A stretch of 64,000 bases of DNA from an uncultured Alphaproteobacteria bacterium (GTDB taxonomy: Bacteria; Pseudomonadota; Alphaproteobacteria; RF32; CAG-239). Of this stretch, positions 7,910 to 17,847 are shown in pieces; positions within the stretch are counted from its first letter, which is position 1; the number at the start of each line of letters is the position of its first letter. Under the pieces are notes generated by a model, which saw only the letters and a program-made list of their open reading frames with translations, searched no databases and had not been told where the DNA came from. The stretch spans positions 2,179 through 66,178 of the forward strand of contig CALXYB010000003.1 of assembly GCA_944392835.1 (NCBI GenBank). Direction: 5' to 3'. Position numbers and translations under genes: made by a program.

Positions 7910-9342
7910 TTACTTTCTTTCAGTTTAAGTGCGGCAAAATGAACAATTCCCTTGTCTTGGATTAGGAGCAATACGGGGCGGTTGTTTTCCATTTTTGCTT
8001 CGTTCACGAAGTTTCTGACATCAGCCAAAGTAAAGACATCTTTCTTATCAATCTTGGCAACAACGTCTCCGGCTCTGAGCCCTTTTTTCTCAGCATCGGA
8101 GCCTGGCAAAATCTCGGTTATGACCACACCTTTGGCATCGGGCGCAAGAGAATACTTATCCATCAGTTCTGGAGAGATTTCTTCAAACCTTATATCAAGC
8201 TCCTCAATCATACCATTATTTTCGGTTTGCGGAGCAGAAACTTTCTCCGTAACAGTTTTCGGCGTATTTTCAGGCTCATCAGGCATTTCAATAATTTCCA
8301 CTTGCAACGGCAGACGTTTTTTATTGCGCCAGAGCTCAATGGTAACTTTTCGTCCGATTTGCGTTTCAGCCACCATACGAGATAGGTTTTTGGTGTTATC
8401 AATAGGATGCCCGTCAAAGCTCAAAATAACATCCCCGACAACAATTCCGGCTGTCGTGGCTGAAGCTCCGTCGCTCAGGCCCGAAACCAAAACACCTTCT
8501 TGTGCATTTAAGCCAAGGCTTGCGGCAATTTCATCATTATTGGGTTGAATTTTAACGCCAATCCAACCGCGTTTAACTTCACCTTTAGTTTTGAGCTGAT
8601 CAATCACCCATTTGGCCATATTAACAGGGATTGCAAAGCCGATTCCCATACTTCCGCCTGTCGTTGAGAAAATGGCGCTGTTGATACCGATAACTTCACC
8701 CTTCATATCAAACATCGGCCCGCCGGAGCTTCCTTGGTTGATGGAAGCATCTGTTTGAATAAAGTTATCATAAGGCCCGGCTTCAATATCGCGTGATTTT
8801 GCGGAGACAATTCCAGCCGTAACACTTCCGCCCAAACCAAAGGGGTTGCCTATGGCCAAAATCCAATCGCCGACACGGATTTTATCAGAATCTCCTAACA
8901 CAGCAGGCTGAAGTTTTTTAGAAGTCTCAATTTTAATCAGAGCTAAATCCGTTTTTTTATCAATACCAATCAGTTTTGCTTCAACGGAAGTATTATCAGC
9001 TAAAGTAACGGTAATTTCTTCCGCTTTGTCAATAACATGGTTATTGGTGATGATGTAGCCGTCATCGCTGATGATAAAGCCGGAGCCTAAAGCCGTCTGG
9101 TTGCTGCTTTGGGGATTAAAATAGCGGTTAATTGCCGGATTCGGACTTGAAAAAGTTGCTGTTTCACTAACCGTTTCTGCATCTGGCTGATGGATGGTTG
9201 AAATATTAACAACCGAAGGAGTCAACCGCTCCACCAAGTCGGCAAAAGAAGGCATATTTTGTTGTGCCAAAGCCGGACTGCCGCAAAAAGCAAACAGCCC
9301 GACCAAAAGAAATTTAAGCTCTTTCTGATAAAACATCGGCAA
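7906..9342 (-). CDS. degP: Periplasmic serine endoprotease DegP/HtrA (Do family), two PDZ domains
   Basis: Signal peptide. Catalytic motifs TNNHV and GSSGGPMF. Located downstream of hflKC, as in many alphaproteobacteria. Confidence 0.92.
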   Translation of the reverse strand: MPMFYQKELKFLLVGLFAFCGSPALAQQNMPSFADLVERLTPSVVNISTIHQPDAETVSETATFSSPNPAINRYFNPQSSNQTALGSGFIISDDGYIITNNHVIDKAEEITVTLADNTSVEAKLIGIDKKTDLALIKIETSKKLQPAVLGDSDKIRVGDWILAIGNPFGLGGSVTAGIVSAKSRDIEAGPYDNFIQTDASINQGSSGGPMFDMKGEVIGINSAIFSTTGGSMGIGFAIPVNMAKWVIDQLKTKGEVKRGWIGVKIQPNNDEIAASLGLNAQEGVLVSGLSDGASATTAGIVVGDVILSFDGHPIDNTKNLSRMVAETQIGRKVTIELWRNKKRLPLQVEIIEMPDEPENTPKTVTEKVSAPQTENNGMIEELDIRFEEISPELMDKYSLAPDAKGVVITEILPGSDAEKKGLRAGDVVAKIDKKDVFTLADVRNFVNEAKMENNRPVLLLIQDKGIVHFAALKLKESK

Positions 9343-10218
9343 TTATCTTCCCGTTTTCATAGACTTCCCAAAATAGCTGAAAAACTCAGAATCAGGTGAT
9401 AAAATCAGCTCTGCCGTACCATCACCAAAAGAGTTTTGATAAGCTTTCAGCGTACGATAAAAAGCAAAGAACTCTGGGTCATTTCCGGCCGCATTATTCC
9501 AAATCTGGATAGCAGTCTCATCACCCTGACCACGCAAAATCTGCGCTTGTTTTTCTGCTTCGGCAATAATGATTGTTTTTTCCTTGTCGGCTGCTGCACG
9601 AATTTGTTGTGCTTGCTGTTGACCTTGAGCGCGAAACTCTTTGGCATCTCTTTCACGTTCGGTCTTCATTCTGGCGTTAATCGCTTGCAAAACCTCAATC
9701 GGCAAATCGGCACGACGAATACGAACATCTGCCACGCTCACACCGATTTGCTCGGCATCAACCTTAACGGCATTGCTGATATCTCGCATAATCTCGGTTC
9801 TTTGCTGAGACAAAAGTTCTTGAAGCGTAATCCGACCCAAAATTTTGCGTACGGAGGAGTTAACAATTTCCTCTAACTTACCGCGTGCAATCGGTTCTGT
9901 CCGTACGGTTTGATAAAACTTGAGCGGATCAACGATTTTATAACGCGTAAAGCTGTCCACATCCAAACGCTTTTTGTCGTTCAAGACAACTTCCTGAGCC
10001 GGCGGGTCAAGGTTCAAAAGGCGCGTATCATACAAGACAACATTTTGTATGAACGGAACTTTGAGCTTCAGCCCAGGTTCTTTAACCAGACGTACGGGTT
10101 CACCAAATTGCAAAACAATTGCTTGTTCGGCTTGGCTGACCACATAAACCGAATTTGCGCCCACAAACAACAGAGCAGCAAAAACAAATCCGAGATAATA
10201 TTTCAAGTTGCTATTCAT
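9343..10218 (-). CDS. hflC: Protease modulator HflC (SPFH/band-7)
   Basis: N-terminal TM plus an SPFH domain and a coiled coil. Immediately downstream of hflK. Confidence 0.9.
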   Translation of the reverse strand: MNSNLKYYLGFVFAALLFVGANSVYVVSQAEQAIVLQFGEPVRLVKEPGLKLKVPFIQNVVLYDTRLLNLDPPAQEVVLNDKKRLDVDSFTRYKIVDPLKFYQTVRTEPIARGKLEEIVNSSVRKILGRITLQELLSQQRTEIMRDISNAVKVDAEQIGVSVADVRIRRADLPIEVLQAINARMKTERERDAKEFRAQGQQQAQQIRAAADKEKTIIIAEAEKQAQILRGQGDETAIQIWNNAAGNDPEFFAFYRTLKAYQNSFGDGTAELILSPDSEFFSYFGKSMKTGR

Positions 10219-11324
10219 TATTTGCTCTCCTGTGCTTGAGTGTTACGGTTTAAGGGTAAAATCGGCAGAACATTTCCACCTTTGGCAGAAGGGTCAAGAA
10301 TAACTTTTTTAGAGTTTGTCAACACACCTTCCATTGTCTCTAAGTACATACGTTTAGCTGTAATTTCCTTGCCTTGCTTATAAGCATTATAAACAGACAA
10401 GAAACGCTCCGCATCACCTCTGGCTTTGTTCACAACGGCTTCTTTGTATGCTTGAGCATCTTGCAGGCGTTTGGCCGCTTCACCTCTTGCTTTAGGCAAA
10501 ACCTCGTTGCGGTAGGCTTCTGCTTCGTTTTTAAAGCGCTCCATATCAGCTTTGGCACGTTGAACCTCGTTAAATGCGTCTACGACTTGCTTCGGAGGGT
10601 CAGCCTTTTGGAGCTTAACACGGACGATTTGAATACCGGAGCCAAACTCGTCCAAAACTTTTTGGAGCTCAGCCTTGGTTTCATCTTCAACCTTGCCGCG
10701 GTCGCCGGTGATAATCGGCTGCATTTCGGATTGTCCGACAATCTCGCGCAGAACGGATTGTGCTGCAACACGAACAGTAACATCGGGACTACGCATATTA
10801 AAGAGATAATCTTTCGCGTCTTTAATCTTCCAAACCACCGTGAGGTTAATATCTACAATATTTTCATCTCCCGTGAGCATATGGCTTTCAGTAAAGGAGT
10901 TGAGAGAGCTGTTAGAGGAAGCAGCATATCTGTTGTTGCGGAAAATAGCTTGGTTAGAAGCATCATAAGGCTCCGTAACACCGAGTGTAATACTGCGCTC
11001 TTGCGTAATGCTGACTTTTTCAACCTTCTCAATCGGGTAGGGCAGATGATAATGCAAACCTGCATCGGTCGTGCGGTTATAAGCACCGAAGCGGAGTACA
11101 ACACCTTGTTCGCTTGGTTGAATTTGGTAAAAACCGGAAGCCAACCAAACAAGCAACAAAATCAGCACAGCCCATTTGATTTTGAAGTCAAAATCACCGT
11201 TATCGCCCTTGCGGTCAATAATTTTTTCAAAATTCACGACCTTTGGTTTGGAAGCCGCATTTTCTGCGGTTCCCCAAGGATTAAGGTCATCACTGCTGCC
11301 CCAAGGGCCTTCATTTTTTGCCAT
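10218..11324 (-). CDS. hflK: Protease modulator HflK (SPFH/band-7)
   Basis: N-terminal GPWG-type region, a TM segment, an SPFH domain and the C-terminal coiled coil typical of HflK. Confidence 0.9.
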   Translation of the reverse strand: MAKNEGPWGSSDDLNPWGTAENAASKPKVVNFEKIIDRKGDNGDFDFKIKWAVLILLLVWLASGFYQIQPSEQGVVLRFGAYNRTTDAGLHYHLPYPIEKVEKVSITQERSITLGVTEPYDASNQAIFRNNRYAASSNSSLNSFTESHMLTGDENIVDINLTVVWKIKDAKDYLFNMRSPDVTVRVAAQSVLREIVGQSEMQPIITGDRGKVEDETKAELQKVLDEFGSGIQIVRVKLQKADPPKQVVDAFNEVQRAKADMERFKNEAEAYRNEVLPKARGEAAKRLQDAQAYKEAVVNKARGDAERFLSVYNAYKQGKEITAKRMYLETMEGVLTNSKKVILDPSAKGGNVLPILPLNRNTQAQESK

Positions 11325-11435
11325 ATATTTATCCCTTTATCAGTTTATTTTGTTGTATTAGTTCAATATATAATATATATGATTTCTAAAAACAATTATT
11401 GATAAAACTATATCAACAGGGGCTTTAGAAGCATT

Positions 11436-12434
11436 ATGGAAGAGAAGATAAAAAAACTGGTCGGCGCGCTGTTTGCGCCAGAGCAGATAGAAAGCGTTAA
11501 GGTTTTTGGCAAACGCGTGATTGTAACTTTGCAAAACATTGCGGAAGACAAAGAGATTACGGAGCGCCTTAAAGCGGCGATAGAGGCTGTTGAAGGCGTT
11601 GAGAAAGTTTCTATTGTTTATACGGCTGTCAAAAGCAATGTTAGCTTGAAGCCGGAAAACCCCAAATGGGAGATTAAAGGCGTTAAGAAAATAATCGGCG
11701 TGGCTTCCGGCAAAGGCGGTGTTGGCAAATCTACCACGGCGGTTAATCTTGCTTTGGCGCTGGCCAAGTTGGGGCTGAAAACAGCCTTGTTTGATGCCGA
11801 TATTTACGGTCCGTCCGTTCCCACAATGTTGGGTTATGAAGGGGTAGGGGCTGTTTCTTATGACGGCAAAACCTTTGAGCCTTTCCGCTATCAAGACATT
11901 GCTTCAATGTCCATCGGTACCCTGATTGACAAGGATGTCCCGCTCATCTGGCGCGGAGCAAAAGCTTGTGGTGCCATAGAACAGCTATTAACCGAAGTTA
12001 ACTGGGGCGAGATTGATGTTATGGTTATTGATATGCCCCCCGGAACCGGAGATATTCAAATCACCTTGTCGCAAAAGATAGATATGGACGGCGTGGTAAT
12101 TGTTTCCACACCGCAGGATATTGCCCTGATAGATGCCATTAAGGGTGTCAATATGTTCAAACGTGTCAATGTTCCGATTCTGGGGATTATAGAGAATATG
12201 AGCTATTATATTTGCGAAAAATGCGGCACCAGAGCAGACATTTTCGGACACGAAGGCGCTCGTAAAACTGCTGAGAATATGGGTGTTCCGTTCTTAGGTG
12301 AGATTCCTTTGCATATTGATATCAGAACCAATGCGGACAACGGCACACCGATTGTGGTCGCCAAGCCGGACAGCCAGCATACCAAGGCTTATCTGGACAT
12401 CGCCGCCAAGGTCAAAGCCGAACTCGGATTATAA
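11436..12434 (+). CDS. apbC: Fe-S cluster carrier ATPase Mrp/ApbC
   Basis: Small N-terminal domain, deviant Walker A SGKGGVGKSTTAVNLA, and CEKCG (CxxC) downstream. Confidence 0.9.
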   Translation: MEEKIKKLVGALFAPEQIESVKVFGKRVIVTLQNIAEDKEITERLKAAIEAVEGVEKVSIVYTAVKSNVSLKPENPKWEIKGVKKIIGVASGKGGVGKSTTAVNLALALAKLGLKTALFDADIYGPSVPTMLGYEGVGAVSYDGKTFEPFRYQDIASMSIGTLIDKDVPLIWRGAKACGAIEQLLTEVNWGEIDVMVIDMPPGTGDIQITLSQKIDMDGVVIVSTPQDIALIDAIKGVNMFKRVNVPILGIIENMSYYICEKCGTRADIFGHEGARKTAENMGVPFLGEIPLHIDIRTNADNGTPIVVAKPDSQHTKAYLDIAAKVKAELGL

Positions 12435-12450
12435 ATAAGCAACCAAACAA

Positions 12451-12480
12451 AAGCCCCGCCAAAGCGAGGCTTCGTTTTTT
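12451..12480. terminator. Terminator between convergent genes
   Basis: aagccccgc caaa gcgaggctt followed by a T-run. Confidence 0.5.
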
Positions 12481-13585
12481 AACAAGGATAAGAACACTGA
12501 TATTCACAACGATAATTCCCGTCATTATAAATACCTAAGCTTGTATGATCATCAGTACAAGACCATGTATGACAAGGAGAATCCCAACCAGGAAAACAAT
12601 CATCACCAGTTGAACAAGAACCCCCGGTTACAAACTGAGTACAATAGCATTGTTCATATCCGCCATAGCAAGTTTTAGTGCCGCATTCATTTCTTTGCGA
12701 TGAAGGACAACCGCCCGGATGAGTCGTGCTCATACCGGAAGGGCAATCTTCGCTGCATTTTCGGCAAGCCTGACCGCATTCATTATAGCCAACGATTGTC
12801 CCGCTATAAGATGTAGAGCTGCCGGAAGGACAAGTTTTGTTGCAGTTGTAACAAGTGTTTCCACATTCAGTTCGACCAGCGGCAGAACCGGTATAATTTT
12901 TGCCGGTTCCTGAAGGACAAGTATCATCGCAGCATTTTTTGCAACTCTTAAACTTTTGAGTAGAGCCCGTGTAACAGACAGAGGAACCGACTTCGCCGCC
13001 GCATTCGCAAGTCGTGTAACCTGAGCAGGGGTTTTCTTTGCGTTTATATTTTGTTTCGGAACAGCTTAAACAGCTACCGTCGGCAACATAACCTTGGGCT
13101 GTAGCTTGTGCATAGGTATAAGTATAACCCGAACAAGGGTTACATTTACATTTTTTGTAGTTAGCATCATAAGAGCAGGTTGTATCCACAACCATACCGG
13201 AAAAGCATTGAGTTTGAGTAAATCCGGTTTCATTACAAGCTCTGGGCCTGTCCTCTACACATTTAGCAAAATATTTATCGTTATAAGGACATTGACCGGA
13301 AGTGTATGAAGGTAAGGAGCAAGCGGTAACGGAATAACCTTCATTTTGGCATTGTTTGATTGTGTCCACAATATAACCATCATCACCGTCAATAGAACCG
13401 AAGCCTCCGTCGCCACAATCACCATACCCCAAAAAACAAACAGAGGCAAGTTTAAGTCCGGAAGAAGAGGATATGGGCTTCAACTCAATAGGTGTGGTGT
13501 GTGTATGTGAAGAAAAGTCGGGAGCGGCTAAGCCAACTGCCGGAACCACAAGTAAAGTAACAGTAGATAAAAGCAAGTTTCGCAT
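12479..13585 (-). CDS. Secreted cysteine-rich repeat protein (unknown family)
   Basis: Start chosen at MRNLLLSTVTLLVVPAVGLAAP (signal peptide); the ORF track extends to 13621. About 42 Cys by my count. It contains three roughly 30-aa CPSG...ECG..C..C repeats. Confidence 0.7.
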   Translation of the reverse strand: MRNLLLSTVTLLVVPAVGLAAPDFSSHTHTTPIELKPISSSSGLKLASVCFLGYGDCGDGGFGSIDGDDGYIVDTIKQCQNEGYSVTACSLPSYTSGQCPYNDKYFAKCVEDRPRACNETGFTQTQCFSGMVVDTTCSYDANYKKCKCNPCSGYTYTYAQATAQGYVADGSCLSCSETKYKRKENPCSGYTTCECGGEVGSSVCYTGSTQKFKSCKKCCDDTCPSGTGKNYTGSAAGRTECGNTCYNCNKTCPSGSSTSYSGTIVGYNECGQACRKCSEDCPSGMSTTHPGGCPSSQRNECGTKTCYGGYEQCYCTQFVTGGSCSTGDDCFPGWDSPCHTWSCTDDHTSLGIYNDGNYRCEYQCSYPC

Positions 13586-13663
13586 AGTCAATCTCCCAAT
13601 AATTCTAGAGTTAAAGTCCATATCTGAATATTAGGATACACTGATTTTGGGAATGAGTCAACT

Positions 13664-13709
13664 ATTAATGAGACTACAATTTTTTTTGTCTACCATTAAT
13701 GAGCCTACA
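13664..13709. promoter_or_regulatory. Two 15-nt direct repeats upstream of the Cys-rich gene
   Basis: attaatgagactaca (13664-13678) and attaatgagcctaca (13695-13709). They match at 14 of 15 positions and their starts are 31 nt apart. Confidence 0.3.
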
Positions 13710-13728
13710 TAAATTTTTCGCAAAAAAA

Positions 13729-13830
13729 CATAAGGCACAAAAGCAAGATATGCACTTAGGAAGCAACGCGATTCAACAATGATTGCCAAAGCAGCCATTG
13801 CCGCGGTCAAACTGGCTCCAGTTTGTGGCA
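13729..13830. repeat. Dispersed repeat family, copy A
   Basis: cataaggcacaaaagcaagatatgcacttaggaagcaacgcgattcaacaa...gcagccattgccgcggtcaaactggc is about 85% identical by eye to 45567-45660. Confidence 0.6.
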
Positions 13831-13840
13831 ACAGCTTGGG

Positions 13841-15217
13841 CTACAGCTTGCGGTTTTTTGAAGGGGAAAGTTCCTCAAGACGATTAAGCAAATCGTCAAT
13901 TTTAAGACGGAGTTGCGGGGAAGGTGATGATTTAAGAGCCTGATTAGCTTGTTTTTTTGTAATATCATAAGCGCCGATACGCAAGCTATATTCTGCCGAA
14001 GCATAATTTGAGTTCGCCAGGTCATTTAAGCCACCGTAAGCTCGTGCCAACAACAACCATCCGTAAGTATCTGGTTTTTGTACCAGAGATTTATTGAGTA
14101 AAGCCGCTGTTTGTTTAAGCTCAGCTTGGGTAGGATTATCTTCCAGCACGGCATGCGCCAAATTGATTTGAAACAGAGCCGAGTTGGGAAGCAAAGCTAA
14201 GGCTTTTTGATATTCGGCCCGAGCTGGTTTAATTTTTCCCGTCTCCATAAAAATTTGGCCTTTAAGTTCATGAAAATAGGGGTTGTCGGGCTCTTCTGAA
14301 ATCAACTCGTTTATCAATTTAAGAGATTGATTAAGCTTAAGCATTCTGAAAAAAACAATTGATTGCGCATAGCGTGCGGCAACAGACTTATCCGAAAGCG
14401 GATATTTTTGCAAAACTTTATTCGGTTCTTCCAAAAAAGCTGAGAGTTTGGCCTTAATGCGCAAAAACTCTTCGCTGGGGCGTTTGCTTTGCGGAAAAGG
14501 AGAATTTTGCGCGGCATAATTCAAAAAAGCGATTCTTTCGGATGTAACCGGGTGAGTACGGAAATATGGGTTCTCACTGACCCCGCTCAAACGATTTTGA
14601 TGCTCAATTTTTTTCATAAAATTACGCATTCCGATAGGACTTTGCTTGGTTGCACTCAGAAGTTTTATGGCGGATTCATCAGCGCTTCTTTCTTCCTCAA
14701 CCTGATAAGCCATCATCGCATTTAGGACAGAGCTTTGCGTGCCCATCATAATCGCCATAGCCGCATCGGCGCGCCCCGTTGCCGCCGCAGCAGCTCCGGC
14801 AGCCAATAAGGAAGCCAAACTAACCTGTTGCATGTCTTGTAGTTTGAGCTTTTGGCGCAAAATATGTCCGCCCATAATATGCCCTGTTTCATGAGCCAAA
14901 ACGCCGACAATCTCATTTTCATCATCAGCGCGCATTATGGTTCCGGTGTTAACAAACATATTGTTTCCGTCGCTGACAAAAGCGTTAAGCGAATTGTCAT
15001 TAACAATATAAATATTATTGCGGTTGAAAGGAATGCCGGCGGCATTAAAAATAGGTTTGAGTTGCTTGGCCAAAAAATCTTCGGTTTCTTCGTCCGAAAT
15101 AAGGCTGATTGAATCTGCTTGGGCATAGGACAAAAGAGCTGATTGCAGCAAGATACTGCAAATCAGCCCCAAAAGAAACTTATGCCACAAAAAGCTTATC
15201 CGATGAGTTTTCGCCAC
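13841..15217 (-). CDS. M48-family zinc metalloprotease with C-terminal TPR domain (BepA/YfgC-like)
   Basis: Signal peptide, HETGHIMGGH (HExxH) and TPR-like C-terminal repeats. Confidence 0.8.
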   Translation of the reverse strand: MAKTHRISFLWHKFLLGLICSILLQSALLSYAQADSISLISDEETEDFLAKQLKPIFNAAGIPFNRNNIYIVNDNSLNAFVSDGNNMFVNTGTIMRADDENEIVGVLAHETGHIMGGHILRQKLKLQDMQQVSLASLLAAGAAAAATGRADAAMAIMMGTQSSVLNAMMAYQVEEERSADESAIKLLSATKQSPIGMRNFMKKIEHQNRLSGVSENPYFRTHPVTSERIAFLNYAAQNSPFPQSKRPSEEFLRIKAKLSAFLEEPNKVLQKYPLSDKSVAARYAQSIVFFRMLKLNQSLKLINELISEEPDNPYFHELKGQIFMETGKIKPARAEYQKALALLPNSALFQINLAHAVLEDNPTQAELKQTAALLNKSLVQKPDTYGWLLLARAYGGLNDLANSNYASAEYSLRIGAYDITKKQANQALKSSPSPQLRLKIDDLLNRLEELSPSKNRKL

Positions 15218-17847
15218 CAGTTTGTCTTCTCCTGTTTTTCAGCATCATTCTGCGGTTTAATATCTTCATGAGAGTTGTACAAAATGATGGTCTCGGATTT
15301 TTCTTTGTGCTGCTCGTGGTTTTGAGCATTTTCATCATTATTGTGGTTGTCGCGGTTTCTTCTGTCTCTGCGGCGGTCGCGTCCACGGCGATCTCTGCGT
15401 CTATCACGGCGGCGGCCTCTGCGATCATTGTTATAACCGCTAACCTCTTTTTCTTCCTCTGAAGGAGTTTCTTCAGAAGTTTCTTCAGCCGGAGCTTCCT
15501 TAATTTCTTCAGCTTCGGTCTGAACGGCTTCTTCAGCCGGTTGAGCTTGTTGTTTGCGTCTGTTTCCTTTTTTACCGCGACGATTATTTTCTTCCTTAAC
15601 CGGCTCCTCAGTTGTAGCGGCTTCCTCTTCGGCAGCTTTCTTTTCTTCTAAAGCTTCTTTCTGGCTTTTAATGCGCTCAAGCTTATATTCGGAAACATTT
15701 TTAATGCTGTCATCGGCACAAATAACAATTTCCATATTATAACGCTGTTCCAAAGAGCAAAGGGTTTGACGCTTTTGGTTTAAGAGATAGATGGCAATAT
15801 CTGTCGGAACGGCGATACTAATCTTAGCCGAGCGATTTTTAATGCCTTCTTCTTCAATAGCACGCAAAATCAGAACAGCACCGGATTCCGTAGTCCTGAC
15901 CACACCCAAACCATGGCAATGCGGACAAACCTGATAATTGCTTTCCATAAAGGAAGAGTGCATTCTCTGACGAGAAATTTCCAGCAAGCCGAAACAACTC
16001 ATTTTTGCAATCTGCACACGAGCGCGGTCTTGCTTCATGGCCTCTTTCATACGTTTTTCAACGGCGTGGTTGTTTTGCGGGTCTTCCATATCAATAAAGT
16101 CAACCACAATCAAACCGGCAAGGTTACGCATACGAAGCTGTTTAGCAATTTCATCGGCCGCTTCCAAGTTGGTTTTAAGAGCGGTCTCTTCCAAATCTTT
16201 CTCTTTGGTAGCGCGACCGGAGTTTACGTCAATAGAAACCAGAGCTTCTGTCGGGTTAATAACCAAATATCCGCCCGATTCCAGCTGAACATTGCAGTCA
16301 TGAAGTTTGTCAAGCTGGCTCTCAACCTGAAAACGCTGGAACAAAGGAATATCGTTCTTCTTGCAAGATTTGATTTTTTTCAAGTTGTGCGGAGAGAGAA
16401 TTTTAACAAAATCTCTGGCCATCTGATAAGCTTTGTCGCCATCAACGATAATTTCGGAAATATCTTTGGTGTACATATCGCGCAAAGCACGCTTAATCAG
16501 ATTTCCTTCTTCATGAATAAGAGCCGGAGCCTTGTTTTTCAAGGCATCTAAGCGGATCTGGTTCCAAGAGCGAATAAGGTAATTATAGTCGCGAACAATA
16601 TCTGCTTTAGTTTTGTCTTCACCTGCGGTACGTATAATCATGGACATATCACTAGTCAAAGGCAGTTCGCGCATAATGGCTTTAAGTCTTTTACGGTCAG
16701 CTGCAGTGGTAATTTTGCGAGAAACACCGCCGCTTTTGATGCGGTTGGGCATCAAAACGCAATAACGTCCGGCCAAAGACAAATAAGTTGTCATTGCGGC
16801 ACCTTTGTTTCCACGCTCTTCTTTAACAACCTGAACAACTAAAATCTGGCCTTCTTTAATCACATCCTGAATATTGCTGCGATGAAACAGTTTTCTGACC
16901 TTAATGAGTTTTCTTTGCAGCTCAAAGTCATATTCTTCATCTTCATCATCGTCATCAACGGCATCGTCATCATTCATATAAGAAGATGATTTTTCTGTTT
17001 TTACCGTTTCCTGAGCTTCTGATCCCTGAGTTTCTGAAACTTCATTATTTTCGCAAACCTCTTCCGAAACGGATTCCTCTTCCGTACCTGTAGATTCGCT
17101 TAAAACCTTGAGCTCAGCTTTTTCTTGTTCTTCGGCAAGTTTTTTCTTATAGCGTTTTTTGAGTATTCTTCTTTTGCGCGGTTTCTTATCTGCATTGGCT
17201 TCTTCCTCAATGCCTTTTTCTTCGGCAGCATGAGCATCCTCAACCGTTTGCTCTTCGGATTTTTCTAAAGCTTGTTGGTCAGAACTTTCAGTTGCTGAAA
17301 CTGCTTCCGTATTTTCTACAGCAGTAACTTCTTCCACATTTTCAGAAACAACTTCTTCTTCAGAATTTTGGCTTTCTAAAGCGGCATCATTTGTGCTTTG
17401 CTCTTCCGAAGCTGCCTCTTGCGCGGCAAGGGCAGCAGCTTTTTCAGCCTCTTCTTGCGCTTTTCTGGCCTCATATTGTGCGCGGCGTTCGGCGCGTTCA
17501 ATACGTTGTCTTTCGCGCTGTTCTTCGCGTTCTTTAAGGGCTTGTTTTTTTGCCTCAATAATGGCATCTACCTCTTTGTCAACCTCAGCCATTTCTTCAT
17601 CCGAAATATTATAATAATCAGGATGAATTTCGCCAAAGGCCAAGAAACCGTGCTTGTTTCCGCCATAATCAACGAATGCGGCCTGCAAAGAAGGCTCAAT
17701 TCTCATAACTTTGGCAAGATAGATATTTCCTTTGATTTGTTTGCGGTTGCTGGATTCAAACTCAACATCCTCAACCTTATTTCCGTTTACGACAACGACG
17801 CGAGTTTCTTCAGGATGCGTGTCATCAATCAACATTCTTTTGGTCAT
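15196..17847 (-). CDS. rne: Ribonuclease E
   Basis: N-terminal MLID...EETRVA-type S1 and catalytic domain (GNIYLAKVMRIEPSLQAAFVDYG, DVNSGRAT, CPHCHGLG zinc link). A long acidic/coiled insertion interrupts the S1 region. The C-terminal tail is Arg-rich. Confidence 0.92.
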   Translation of the reverse strand: MTKRMLIDDTHPEETRVVVVNGNKVEDVEFESSNRKQIKGNIYLAKVMRIEPSLQAAFVDYGGNKHGFLAFGEIHPDYYNISDEEMAEVDKEVDAIIEAKKQALKEREEQRERQRIERAERRAQYEARKAQEEAEKAAALAAQEAASEEQSTNDAALESQNSEEEVVSENVEEVTAVENTEAVSATESSDQQALEKSEEQTVEDAHAAEEKGIEEEANADKKPRKRRILKKRYKKKLAEEQEKAELKVLSESTGTEEESVSEEVCENNEVSETQGSEAQETVKTEKSSSYMNDDDAVDDDDEDEEYDFELQRKLIKVRKLFHRSNIQDVIKEGQILVVQVVKEERGNKGAAMTTYLSLAGRYCVLMPNRIKSGGVSRKITTAADRKRLKAIMRELPLTSDMSMIIRTAGEDKTKADIVRDYNYLIRSWNQIRLDALKNKAPALIHEEGNLIKRALRDMYTKDISEIIVDGDKAYQMARDFVKILSPHNLKKIKSCKKNDIPLFQRFQVESQLDKLHDCNVQLESGGYLVINPTEALVSIDVNSGRATKEKDLEETALKTNLEAADEIAKQLRMRNLAGLIVVDFIDMEDPQNNHAVEKRMKEAMKQDRARVQIAKMSCFGLLEISRQRMHSSFMESNYQVCPHCHGLGVVRTTESGAVLILRAIEEEGIKNRSAKISIAVPTDIAIYLLNQKRQTLCSLEQRYNMEIVICADDSIKNVSEYKLERIKSQKEALEEKKAAEEEAATTEEPVKEENNRRGKKGNRRKQQAQPAEEAVQTEAEEIKEAPAEETSEETPSEEEKEVSGYNNDRRGRRRDRRRDRRGRDRRRDRRNRDNHNNDENAQNHEQHKEKSETIILYNSHEDIKPQNDAEKQEKTNWWRKLIG

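Noticed and set aside
7463-7942. 159-aa + strand ORF antisense to holC
   Set aside because: The minus strand encodes a recognisable chi subunit. The + strand product is Phe/Lys/Ile-rich, as expected from AT-rich antisense DNA.
10374-11402. 342-aa ORF on the + strand covering most of hflK in antisense
   Set aside because: The sequence is low complexity with no recognisable motifs. The opposite strand encodes an unmistakable HflK. Long antisense ORFs are expected in AT-biased coding DNA.
11358-11894. 178-aa minus-strand ORF overlapping the start of mrp/apbC
   Set aside because: It is antisense to a well-supported P-loop gene, and its composition is Arg/Asn/Phe-rich nonsense.
15913-16551. 212-aa + strand ORF inside rne
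   Set aside because: It is antisense to the conserved catalytic core of RNase E and has no motifs.
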